A stretch of DNA of 64,000 nucleotides from Callorhinchus milii (GCF_018977255.1 NW_024704742.1:66156001-66220000), one strand, 5' to 3'; positions 1-11,323 are shown, counted from the first letter of the stretch. Numbers and translations: made by a program. The notes: generated from the letters alone by a model not told the origin.

Positions 1-59
1 CTCCTGCCTCAAAGCCTGTGCCTTGCCTCCTCATTATGTATCTATAAACTTGCATTTGT

Positions 60-180
60 GGAGTCCCGTAGTGTAGTGGTTAGCATGCTCGCTTTGCAAG
101 TGAGAGGATCTGGGTTCAGTACAGGGTGAACGTTAGACAAGTTTCCTTACTCCATATGTCTCTGTTTACCTAGCAGTAAG
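60..180 (+). mobile_element. SINE family A, 5' part
   Basis: GGAGTCCCGTAG..TAGTGGTTAG (A box), GGTTCA (B-box-like), then the family-A body. Confidence 0.85.
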
Positions 181-1022
181 GGGTATGTGTGTGTGTGTGG
201 GTGCGTGTGTATGTGTTGGGGGAAGGTTTGTCTGTGCAGGGTGCCTAACCATTCATACAAAGAATCCAATGTGCATGTGTGTGTCACACTAAAACATGGA
301 GCTGTGGGCAGTGTAAGCATGGCGTGACATGTTACATTTTCTGACAGCCAGGCCATCATTTATCCCCTATGTACGGAGAGTGGGTTAGCAGTGGGGGGGT
401 GACATGTCAAACACACTGAGAGCATGTCATTCCCTGGCAGGTATTTTTGCCAACCTGGCAGCTCCCTGTTGAAAACAAAAATTCAGAAGAGCAGGAATCA
501 GACAACACTGGGGTTGGGAGGGTGGGGAGTGGAGGAAGGGAGGAGTGGGGGGCATCAGTCGGATCTCACTCTTCCCCCACTATCCACCACCCCCCACTCC
601 CCACTGCTCTATTCTCCCCGCCCTCATTATTACATACAGAACTCTTCAGCAAATTCCTCAAGCAAAAGTCGAGCAGGCTTTCATTCACCAGGAATTCATC
701 TAGTTCCATTCACTGCCACGTTCCCATAAATCTTTTTTACGGCTTTTTCCCCCGACCTGGGAAAAGTCCATCAGTGATGAATGTGCACACCATTGCAGCC
801 CCTGATCAGAGGCTGACAACGCAACAACAACAACTTGCATTTATATAGCGGCCTTCACGTGGGGCAGGGTCTCGAAGCAGTGTCCTCTGCTACGCTTGGC
901 AAGCTCCCCTGTTTATATGCAGTCTGATATGTTTTCATGTGCGTCCGACAGCAGCAAAACATTAAACGTTTTTCTTAAAAAGGAAAAGAAGAATACCTTG
1001 CACGTTTCCCTCAGCTCTCAAT

Positions 1023-1463
1023 GTGTCCATCACGGGCTGTCATCGCCTCTGAGTCAGAAGGTTGTGGGTTCAAGCCCCACGTCAGGACTTGGAATCTCAT
1101 TGTCGAAGCTGATACTCGAATACAGTGCTGGGGGTGGGGGATGAGCGGGGTTGTCTTGTCAGAGGTGATGTCCTTCAGATGAGACATTAAACCGAGGTCT
1201 CATCTGCCTGTTCAGGTGGACGTTAAAGATCTCATGGCACTACTCAAAAAGAGAAAGGAGTTTCTCCTGTTGTTCTGGTCAACAATCTCACCCCAAAAAA
1301 TCGGTCACTCACTCCATGGCTCTTTGTGGATCATCTGCTGTGCACAAAACTGGCTGCCACATTACTCCCACAACGTAAACAGTCACTGCACTTTGCAATA
1401 CATCCTGTGAAGTGCTCGATGAACGTAATAAAGTACAATATCAATGTAAGGATTAGGTTATTA
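1023..1463 (+). mobile_element. SINE family B (DeuSINE-like)
   Basis: CCTCTGAGTCAGAAGGTTGTGGGTTCAAG head, GTTAAACCGAGGTC..CTGCCTGTTCAGGTGGACGTTAAAGATC core, shared tail. Confidence 0.85.
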
Positions 1464-1622
1464 TGCTTTAGGCACGCTTTATTTCCCTTTGGAACTGATG
1501 GGCTAGAGATACAAATGCAGCTCATCCCTCCAGTGCATAAACTCTTCCATCCACTGCATCCAATACTATTGTATTTTGAAGGATACTAGCGTTTTTGCCT
1601 GTATAACCCCTCTACATATCAG

Positions 1623-2053
1623 GTGTCAGCATGGCTCAGTGGTAGCACTCACATTTCTGAGTCAGAAGGTTGTGATTTCAAGCCAGGCTACAGGACTTTG
1701 AATGCACAGCCCAAGTTGACACCCCATTTCAGTGGTGGGAGTGTATTGTTGGAGGTGCAGTCCTTCGGATGAACTGATATCACGTGAACTGCCTGTTCAA
1801 CTGAACTTTAAAGATCCTGTGGCACTATTCAAAAAGAGAAGGGAGTTTCTCCCAGTGTCCTGGTCAACAATATTTCATATAAAATCAGTTATTTACTTCA
1901 TGGCTGTTTGTGGGACATTGCTGTGCACAAAGTGCAAGCTGTGCTCACCTCCAAAATACCAAATCTCTACACTTCACAGGTAAAATCCTGTGAAGTGTTT
2001 TGAGCTGTCTCAATGACATGATAAGAATCTATCACAAATGCAAGTATTATTAT
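1623..2053 (+). mobile_element. SINE family B, full length
   Basis: TGTCAGCATGGCTCAGTGGTAGCAC head through (ATT)n tail. Confidence 0.9.
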
Positions 2054-2248
2054 CCTTCTTATTAATAACAACAATCTTTGCATTTAATAACGTATTCATG
2101 TCAAGAGGATTCCTCAAAGCACTTCACGTGATTTACTGTTAAGAGTAGCAGTTTTTGTTTATTTTTGGTGAACTACAATCTGATCTAGTTGTGCATTTCA
2201 CTTATTCCCATTTCTCTTCTCTGGTCCCTGCTTTGATCACTTAATTTC

Positions 2249-2624
2249 AAATAATCCTTGCATTTGGTATAGCACCTTATCATGTCTTTGAGACGTCTCA
2301 AAGCGCTTCATAGCATATACTGTAAAGTAAACTGACTGTATAATTTTTGGGCGAAACACGGCAATCAATTGCGCAAAGCAGTGTCTCACAAACAGTCGTG
2401 GACTAAGTGACCAATTTATTATTATTTTTAAAAACAATTTTTGATGGAATTATTACTCCTGGAAAAGTGATCTGCCAATCGACTAACAACAAGGTTCCTA
2501 CTTACTTCTGGGTAAACAGAGGCGTGTGGAGTAAGGAAACTTGCCCAACATTTCTCCCTGCCGGGAATCGAATCCAGGTCTCACGCTTGAGGCAAGTGCT
2601 CTAACCACTGAGCTACAGGACTCC
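2249..2624 (-). mobile_element. SINE family A, full length
   Basis: Reverse-complement head GCTACAGGACTCC, B box GGGAATCGAATCC, tail AATAATCCTTGCATTTG. Confidence 0.92.
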
Positions 2625-3154
2625 ACTTTATCAAAGTAATAAAGTAATGCAGTAAAGTAACAGTCGTGGATTGAATGATTTATCTTAATTTTTGAGTGGA
2701 TTATCTGTCAATCGACTAACAACCGAGTTTCTACTTAATGCTAGGTGAACAGAGGCATGTGGAGTAAGGAAACTTGCCCAGTGTTTACCACACCAAATGT
2801 GACAAAACAGGACCACCATCCCCACCTTCTCCTTCTCCTCCTTACCAGGCCATTCGTAATGGTGAAACCTGTGAAAACAATCATAATAATAATAAAACTA
2901 TTCCTTATTTATAGAGCCTTGTCATGTCGTCAAGGTACTTCACAGAATATATTAATAATAATAATCCATGCATTTGATAGAGCGCCATAGTTGAGACATC
3001 TCAAATGCTTCACAGAATATACTGTAAAGTGGGCTGTGTATTTTATAGGCAAAATGCCAACTGCGCACAGCAGAGTCCCACAAACAATCGTGAATTGAGT
3101 GACCTCATCTTTTTTGAGGGATTATTACCCCAGAAAGCCAATCCACCAATTGCA

Positions 3155-3290
3155 GAAGCCATTTTATTTTGCAGTTCTCATCAGAAAAAAAATCAGACTG
3201 AAGTGAGAGATTTGCCTCAATGACCCCGGAGATAGAGTGGGGTTATAAGAACTGGCGGAGAGGAAGAATGTTTCCTGTGAGATATGATAA
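3155..3290. repeat. Internal fragment of MITE-like family Y
   Basis: Matches 29035-29110 plus 29237-29292 (GCAGTTCTCATC..GATTTGCCTCAATGACCCC..GATAGAGTGGGGTT). Confidence 0.75.
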
Positions 3291-3509
3291 ACAATTATAT
3301 CTCTTACTGAAATGTTGCCGATTACAAAAGTCACACTAAATTTCTCTCCCTTAATAAAATGGAAACCTTAAAAGTGTTATTCCAAGACAATTCCCCATTT
3401 TCTTTAAGTGTTTGCTCTGGGAGAGGTGTGAATTATCCCCTGGGGGAGGGGAGGCTGCTTTCATTTTATTTCACGTATATAATATTGTTATGAGAAATGG
3501 TTATTTTCC

Positions 3510-3829
3510 ATTTTGTGGGCAAATGTGGCAGAAAATGTGCATACAGCAATGTTCCACAGCCATGGAGTGAGTGACCAATTTTATTTGGAGGATTGCTGGC
3601 CAGGAGAGAGAAACTCCCTTCTCTTTTCATATAGAGTGCTGCCATGGTATCTTTAATGTCTACCCTAGACAGTCAGCTGGATCCTCATCCGAAGGCAGCA
3701 CCTCTGACCCCTAATATTTAATTCTCGTGTCAGCCTAAACTACATTAGTTCAAAGACCCTACGTAGGGCTTGAACCTACAACCTTTTATCTTAGAGGCAA
3801 GAGTGCTACTGACTGAACCGGGCTGACAC
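3510..3829 (-). mobile_element. SINE family B
   Basis: Reverse-complement head GGCTGACAC, GGCTTGAACC, family-B core. Confidence 0.85.
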
Positions 3830-4979
3830 CCGAAACACAAAATGAGTAAAATGGCTTTGTCCTGGGCAGAGGGAAGTGTTGGGGTCAAATCCTGCAGCAC
3901 ATCCCACCACTGCCATAACCTGACCAGCGATTGCAATGGCCACAATGTGATTTACACCCCGAAGTCTTGTCAGACGAACAGAAGTTTCCTAAACCCCAAC
4001 AGGAGGCAGTGCAAGCACGCCAAGTTCCCACGCTCAGCCAAAACACTGGGGTAACTAATGTTCAGGGCAAACTCGCGTCTCACTGCGTTGGCTTTTGAAA
4101 TAATGGCCAGAAAGCAGTTGCTGAGGCAGCGAAGGCTTTGAACAAATTGCAGGTTTCCCCAAATTGCAGGTTGGGAACTGGCTGTTCCCACGCAGCTCTT
4201 AACAGGAGCAACGGAATCCATTTCCAGAAACACGCTGGCAATTTATAACTGGATTAGAGCAGAAAGAACTTGTACTTTCACAAGCGTCAATCATTAACAA
4301 CAACAACAACAACAACTTGCAACCGCAACAATCATATCGAAACATCATGGTAATTACTGTCACAAGACTGTTTGTGGGATGCTGCTGTGGGCAATTGGCT
4401 GCTGTGTTTTCACCCACAAAATATACAGTCAATTCACATATTCTGTGAAGCGCTTTGACACGAGTCACCGACATGATAAGGCACTATATCAAATGCAAGG
4501 ATTCTTCTTATTATTATTTGTGGAGCTCTGACGTGCGCAATTTGGCTACTGCATTTCCCCACACAGTCACTAATACTTTACAATAAAATGCTGTGAAGTG
4601 CTTTGAGGCATCTCGACAACGTGGTGCATCATTAGGTCAAATGCAAGGATTATTACCTGCATTCACAAGCTATCATTCACTGACAGGAACACACAGATGT
4701 TGCAATGCCAGTGGCTAGAGCGCCTTGGGATGTCCTCCCGATGTGAAAGGCGCTCTATAAATGGAATCTTGTTGTTGTTGTTGTTGTAGAGGGTGGCAGC
4801 TTGCGATTTATCACTTGCTTTTCCTTCTCATGCCATTAAGAAACATATATCCTGCCTTAGTTCAGAAGTTTCTTTTCGTATGCCATCTACACTTCCTGCC
4901 CATTACCGGTCTCCATCCACACTGGCTCGGTATAATTACTATTCTCTAACATACAGTCTAACTCACATTTTTTTGTATA

Positions 4980-5318
4980 GTGTCTGGCTGGCTTGGGTGG
5001 CTCAATAGCACTCTCGCCTCAGAGTCAGGAGGTTGTGGCTTCAAGTGCCATATCAGGACATGGAACTCACATAGTCTAGGTTGACACTCCATCGGATCCA
5101 TTGACACTACTGTATTCGCAAAAACAAAGGGAGTTTCTCCCCCCAGTGTCCTGGCCAACGATCATTCACTTCAAGGCTATTTGTGGGACATTGCCAACTG
5201 GCTGCCAAATTTGTCCATAAAGTACACAGTCAATACACGTTTCAGTAAATTCCATAAAAAACTTTGAGACGTCCTCCTGACGTAAAAGGGGCTATATCAA
5301 ATGTGAGTATTAGTATTA
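4980..5318 (+). mobile_element. SINE family B, internally deleted
   Basis: Head TAGCACTCTCGCCTCAGAGTCAGG, shared tail. Confidence 0.8.
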
Positions 5319-5889
5319 GACACAGAGCACAAACAAGCAATGTCGCCAATGTAATTTGTATGGTGTGATGAGGCATCATTAAGCCTATATGTGCAAAATT
5401 GTCCTGACAGCTAACATTGTGTTCTCAGTTTATAGGTAGACTTAAAACTGGTACAAGTGTGATTTATAACTGAGGTAATGTAAAGGCTGTAAATCCAACA
5501 TTACTTCAAGTCGACCGTATCTGCCCCTTAATAATTAGTGGCTTTTTTCCAAGGTTGGTAAGCAGTTATTGCTGCACTAAATCCATATTGGAAAATATGA
5601 CTTAGTTTTAACCGTATGTAACAAGGGCTCGCTGCCAAATCTGCTATTTCACAATTGGTGCTAAGACACCGTGAAAATTACCGTCAGTCAGAAAACAGTC
5701 GCCTTTTATCCCCGATGTCAGCTGTTGTGTTTATGTTCTTCATGGGAGGATTTCCAAGAAAATCACCACTGTCCCTCAAGTTTGATTGACAATAAGATGC
5801 CTGTGGACGCTGCTGTTACTTTATGTTGATTTTTTAATGCTTATATGAAGATGGTGTTTGTTTTACATACAAATACATAGAACTCGTGC

Positions 5890-6110
5890 ACAGCAATCCT
5901 GCACTCACTGCCTCTGCTCAGTTGGCTCTGGCATCATGCTTGTCCCTCGTCCCCTCCGCTCTACCATCAGTGGCCGTGCTTTCAGCCTCTATACCCCAAA
6001 ACTTTGGAATTCTCTTCCTCAATCTCATTCTTCCCCGCTCCATCCCCTTTTTCAGATCACCCCTGAAAACTTTCCTCTTTGACCGTGCTTACAGTCACCT
6101 CCTCCCTCCC
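5890..6110 (+). mobile_element. L2 LINE 3' fragment
   Basis: Translates like the L2 ORF2 C-terminus (STISGRAFSLYTPKLWNSLP..LKTFLF). Confidence 0.8.
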
Positions 6111-6134
6111 CCAACTCGACATCAGGGCACCCCC

Positions 6135-6580
6135 ACACACCTCTGTTTATCTAGCAGTAAGTAGGAACCCGGTTGTTAGTCAATTGGCAGATCTCTTTCC
6201 GGGGAAATAATCGCTAACAGAAAATGTTTGGTCACTCAATCCATAATTGTCTGTGGGTTATTGCTGTACGGAATTGGCTGCTGTTTTGCCCACAAATATA
6301 CAGTCAATTCACTTTACAGTGTGTTCTGTGAAGCGCTTTGGGACGTCCTCCCGACGTGAAAAGCGCTATATCAAATGCAAGGATTATTATTATTATTATT
6401 ATTAATGTTTGGTCACTCAATCCATAACTGTCTGTGGGTTATTACTGTACGGAATTGGCTGCTGTTTTGCCCCCAAAAATACACAGACAATCCACTTTAC
6501 AATACTTTCTGTAAAGCACTTTGAGATGTCTCAACGACATGATATGGCTTTATATCAAATGCAAGGATTATCATTATTAA
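6135..6580 (+). mobile_element. SINE family A, 5'-truncated, with internal duplication and two tails
   Basis: Body CTCTGTTTATCTAGCAGTAAGTAGGAACCCGG; 69-bp duplication; two (ATT)n tails. Confidence 0.88.
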
Positions 6581-6639
6581 TATTTATCTTTCTCTCATTG
6601 GTCTCCACATATAGTCTGGGGTCTCCTTGGAGCTGAACT

Positions 6640-7011
6640 GGTGGGTCTCCAGGACCCCAGGGCACTGTTGATGATAGCCCAGCCAGCCTGGCTCATTGGC
6701 AGGACTTGAAAAGGCAGACCAGTCACTGGGGGCTGGAAATCATCCCACTCAGCTCCTGTTAACCCTGCAAACCAGAGCCCAAAGGTTTAGGGTGGTCCTA
6801 AGCAGCTCTTACCAACCTGTGCCTAATACTTACCGGAATTAGGTAAACAGGATGTGTCCCTCCAGGGAGAGAGTCACATTCCATCCCAACAATCTATCTC
6901 TGGATTTCCATGTGTAGGTGGGAGGGAGGCATGGAAATCTCAGTTTGGTTTGGACACTCTTAAGCATGAGGATGGGTTTCCGCATGTGTCAGACACCCGG
7001 CTGACCAAAAA
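6640..7011 (+). repeat. Unclassified family X, internally deleted, with 3' A-tail
   Basis: Aligns by eye with 9817-10112 (rc), 50290-50965 and 62445-62795; ends GTCAGACACCCGGCTGACCAAAAA. Confidence 0.85.
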
Positions 7012-7134
7012 TATTCCCCCAGTGCTGCAGTGGAGTGAACTCCAAGTCCCTAACATTGGAGCCTGAACTGGCAATCTTCTGACCTTCTGATTCAGAGGCC
7101 AGAGTGCTATGAACTGAGCCAGGCTGACACAAAA

Positions 7135-7186
7135 TTAAGCATGGTGATGGGTTTCTGCATGTGTCAGAAACCTGGCTGACTAAAAA
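7135..7186 (+). repeat. Family X, 3' end only
   Basis: TTAAGCATGGTGATGGGTTTCTGCATGTGTCAGAAACCTGGCTGACTAAAAA. Confidence 0.8.
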
Positions 7187-7217
7187 GGGTGGGGGAGCGA
7201 CCGAGAGCGTAATACGG

Positions 7218-7308
7218 TTTCCAAATTAAGTGTGACTTTAAGAAGTTTCCAAAAAGTCTGCACAATCTTTAATCTTAAGGCAATGGTCTTAAGACATTTT
7301 TCGGCCTC
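7218..7308. repeat. MITE-like family Y terminus
   Basis: Reverse complement of 15827-15925; similar to 10848-10957, 20880-20965 and 31060-31127. Confidence 0.65.
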
Positions 7309-7564
7309 TAAGCACGTGAAAATGTGGAGAATGCTGCGTGAACATAATTAGTAGTTTCGGGAGCAGAGAATATTCCCTAAAGACCAAAACTAGGGGGATT
7401 AGCACCACCGCACCAAAGGAAAGTCGAGCCTATTGACTGGTATTTCTGACAATGCTCACACGCATGTTTGGAAACCTCAGTAATCTCTCTGTTATTGTTA
7501 CTGAGACCAGCAGACTGCAGTCTGGGGCTGTGCTCATAGCAAGGGGACATCAGCTGTTCAGGGT

Positions 7565-7750
7565 TAGAATCATAAACATTTACAGTGCAGAAGGAGGCTA
7601 TTCAGCCCATCGAGTCTGCTGCACTGGCTCTCAGAGCAAGCTGTGTATTCAATCCCACTGTCCTGTCTCCATACTCCTTCAAGTCTCTATCCTTCATATA
7701 CCTGTCTATTCCCACTTGTAACTCCAATGGGCTCTGCCTCCATCACCTTA
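7565..7750 (-). mobile_element. CR1 LINE 3' end
   Basis: TAGAATCATA..GAAGGAGGCTATTCAGCCCATCGAG is a reverse-complement CR1-type 3' tail. Confidence 0.7.
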
Positions 7751-7754
7751 CTTA

Positions 7755-8131
7755 ATAATAAATAATAATCCTTGTATACAATATAGAGCCTTATCATATC
7801 TTTGAGATGTCTCAAAGCGCTTCACAGAATATACTGTAAAGTGATTTGACTCTATATTTTGTGGTGAAACGCGGCAGCCAATTGCACACAGCAGTGTCCC
7901 ACAAACAGTCATGGATTGAGTGACCAAGCTATTATTTATTTATTCATTCATTTACTTATTTTGAAGGGTTTATTACCCCCGGAAAGCAATCCACCATTCG
8001 CCTAACAACTGGGTAACCAGAGGTGTGTGGAGTAAGAAAACTTGGCTCAGGTTTCGCCCTGCCTAGCAATCAAACCCAGGTCCTCTTACTTGCGAGACGA
8101 GTGCTCGCACCAATATGCTGCAGAACGCCAC
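7755..8131 (-). mobile_element. SINE family A, full length
   Basis: Complete reverse-complement head, body and tail. Confidence 0.9.
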
Positions 8132-8567
8132 ATGTTCAGCATGGTATTCCACATGCCAACAGCTCTCTGGGTTTATAAAATTTCTTTTAAAGTCTCATTT
8201 CAGTCACCTTAAGAAATTAATTCTTCCTTCACTGTCCAGCGCCTTGGGATATCCTCCTGACTTGAAAGCCGCTCTCTAAATGCAATTTATTGCTGTTGTT
8301 CTTGTGACTATCTTATGTTGCTGGAAGCACAGCCTAGCTCCACCACCCCCAACCACACTCTCCCCCCCCCCCCCCCCATCCTGTCCGTCCTACTCTACCT
8401 TCTCCTCCCAGTTTGCACTCAATCCACATCAATGATGGATTGGTTTGATTGCCAGCCTTTCTCATGCTTCCCTGCCCCTTAGCCAACCCTGGCCAACACT
8501 GCAGTGAGTCTGCTCCATCGGTCCAAATTGCTGTGTTAACTTGTACTTGACCCAACAACAGCGCTTG

Positions 8568-9040
8568 GTGTCATCTTGGCTCAGTTGATAGAACTCTCGC
8601 CTCTGAGTCAGAAGGTTTTGGGGTCAAACCCCACGTTGGAAGTTGGAACTCACTTGTGTCTCGGCTGACATTCCAGTGCAGTGCTGGGGGTGGGGGGGGA
8701 GGGGGTAGGGAGGGGGTGCTGCAATGATGGAGGTGCCATCCTACAGATAAGATGTTAAACCCAGCACCCGTCTGTCTGTTCAGGTGGACCTTTCAGTTCC
8801 TGTGGCACTATGTAAAAGGAAAGGATTTTCTCCCGGTGTCCTGGCCAACAATCCTCAAAATAAAATTGATCATTCACTTCATAGCTATTTCTAGGACATC
8901 GCTGTGTACAAATTGGCTACCGAGTTTGCCTATAAATACACAGTCACTACACATCACAGGAAAATCCTATGAAGCACTTTGAAATGGCTCGACAATGTGT
9001 TAAGGCACTGCATCAAATGTGAAGATTATTAGTATTATTA
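8568..9040 (+). mobile_element. SINE family B, full length
   Basis: TGTCATCTTGGCTCAGTTGATAG head, G-rich linker, core, tail. Confidence 0.9.
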
Positions 9041-9087
9041 CTGAGACCGGACCCAGATGGGGGCTGTCAGTTTCCCTCATGGTAGAA

Positions 9088-9104
9088 CAGCGCCATCTTC
9101 AGGC
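9088..9104 (-). promoter_or_regulatory. Candidate CTCF site
   Basis: Minus strand GCCTGAAGATGGCGCTG resembles the CTCF core; motif evidence only. Confidence 0.4.
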
Positions 9105-9816
9105 TCAGCTGTGAAACAAGTCTATCAGCTTGACACTGTAATTTTGAACGAGGCTCGTGTGAAAAAGTTTGGGGAAGTCCTCCCCAACTGACTATCCTGT
9201 TAGAACAAAACCCGATCTCTGGAACAGTATTTGCATTTATGTAGCACCCGGAGCACTTAACAATGGCGTAGTTTGATGCCGAGCCAGGGAGAGGGGGATA
9301 GTGACCATGAGGACGGTCAAAGAGGAAAGTCTTCAGGTGAGATCAGAAGACAGGTAAAGAGGGAGCAAAAAGGAAGGATCGAGCCAGGGAGTTCCAGATG
9401 TTCGGAGCATTAGTAAAAGGTGCTGCATAAATGAAAATTGTATTGTATTATAACTCTCCCAAACTCTCTAACCTCTGCAGCCCTTCTCTCCTTGCCCTCA
9501 AAACCCTATTAAAAATCTATCTCTTTGTTTGTGGCCTTATTCAACTCCTCAAATCTCCTTCCTACCTCACCTCCTCCTAACTTTGAAACAGTTTTTCTGT
9601 TATTAAAATGACTCGTACAATATCAAGAATTTGCCAAATCCTGGACGTTGTGAAAGGCTAAGAAACTAACAATAATAATTATTGGTTATTACTGTAAGAG
9701 TGTAGGGTTTTCTTTTTTACCCAAAGGAAAATTAATGACTGGAAAAGGTTGCCAGGGAGAGTGGTTGAGGCCAGCACACTGGGACACATTTAAAGAGTAG
9801 CTTGATGGATTGAATG

Positions 9817-10402
9817 TTTTTTGGTCAGCCGGGTGTCTGACACATAAGGTAACCCATCTCTATGCTTAAGATTATCCAAACCAATCTGAGAATTCCATGC
9901 ATCCCACCTACATGGAAATCCCAGAGATAGTCTGTTGGATTGGAATGCACACTCTCTCCCTGGAGAGATGCATCCTGGTTACCTAATTCCAGAAAGTATT
10001 AGGCGTAGGTTGGCAAGAGCCAAGGCTTGGGGACCCCAGAGTGTGTGTTGGGGTAACTGCTGGAGTCTAACTAGCTAAATCCACATAGCTTGCCATTGAG
10101 AGCGCTGTTTGGAGGGAAGAGATCAGATGAATTGAAGGGCCTTCTTCATTCAAACTAAACTTTCGCGAGGTAACAAGAGATGCAACTCAGTCAGGTCTGA
10201 GTAGATCCGGAGCTATGAAAAACAGTCACTGTACAGTAATTCCTAGTTACGTCCTGAGGCAGGACTCTAGTGAATAAGGGGCTCAATATAAATAGACGTA
10301 AATTCATGCAGAAACTTAAACACATGTTAATTCTTATTTTGTAAATATCCCCTAATTGATCTTGTGAAATTGAAGCTCTGCAACTCCATCAACACCACCA
10401 AG
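9817..10402 (-). repeat. Family X with ~216-bp cassette and an embedded CR1-tail piece
   Basis: Begins TTTTTTGGTCAGCCGGGTGTCTGAC; 10183-10398 matches 50476-50717. Confidence 0.85.
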
Positions 10403-10444
10403 TGGCTTCTATTTTTCACAACTTTAACCTCTTCTCTTCCCTGA

Positions 10445-10842
10445 ATGCATTTGTGTGTGTATATGTACATATGCATCTGTGTATGTGTAAATGTGTGAAT
10501 ATGAGCGCACATGTGTACAATAATATATAATAATTCTTGCATTTGATATAGTGCCTTATCACATCATTGAATATACTGTAAAGTGAATTGACTGTATTTT
10601 GTAGACAATACGCGGCAGCCAATTGCGCACAGCAACAAACAGTCGTGGATTGAGTAATCAAATTTTTATGTATGCATACGTATGTATTTGTGCACATAGG
10701 TGTGAAAGGTGTATGTGTCTGAATGTATGTGCACGCGTGTGTATATGTATGTCTGTGTGTGTATCTGCGTGTGTGTATGTTTGTGTGTATCTATGTGTGT
10801 GTGTTTGTGTGCATGAATGTGCATGCGTGTATGTATGTATGA
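10445..10842. repeat. Degenerate (TG/TA)n microsatellite interrupted by a SINE tail
   Basis: TGTGTA-rich; family-A tail (rc) at ~10529-10665. Confidence 0.85.
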
Positions 10843-11323
10843 AAACCAGCTTCCAAATTAAGATTGAATTTAAGCAATTGCCACAATTCCAGATGATCTT
10901 TAAGACTTTAAGACAGTGCGCTCCTACAGGCTAAGACTAGGCAGGATTTGAGCCTTTCTGGAATGAAATGATTCTCATCTGGGCTTTGAACTGATAATCA
11001 CTGGGAATTTTTGGATAAAACGCTTCTTTTTTTTGGCAAAACAAGAGATGAAAAGCATCAGTTACAGCAAAGAATCCTTCTTCACACAAAGTAATCAGAC
11101 CACAGTGTATCCAGTCATTTTGAGTAAATATTTCTCTTAATCCGGATAGGAAATTAGCCTTGAAACAGCACAATACTTTCACTGGAGCTGTTGTCCTTTT
11201 GCAAAACATGGGATTAGTTCAGCACAATGCACACAGCCCCTTACTCCATCCTTTCCATCCTATTCAAAAAGAGAAAGGAGTTTCTCCCAGTGTCCTGGCC
11301 AACAAACCTCCAAATAAACATGT

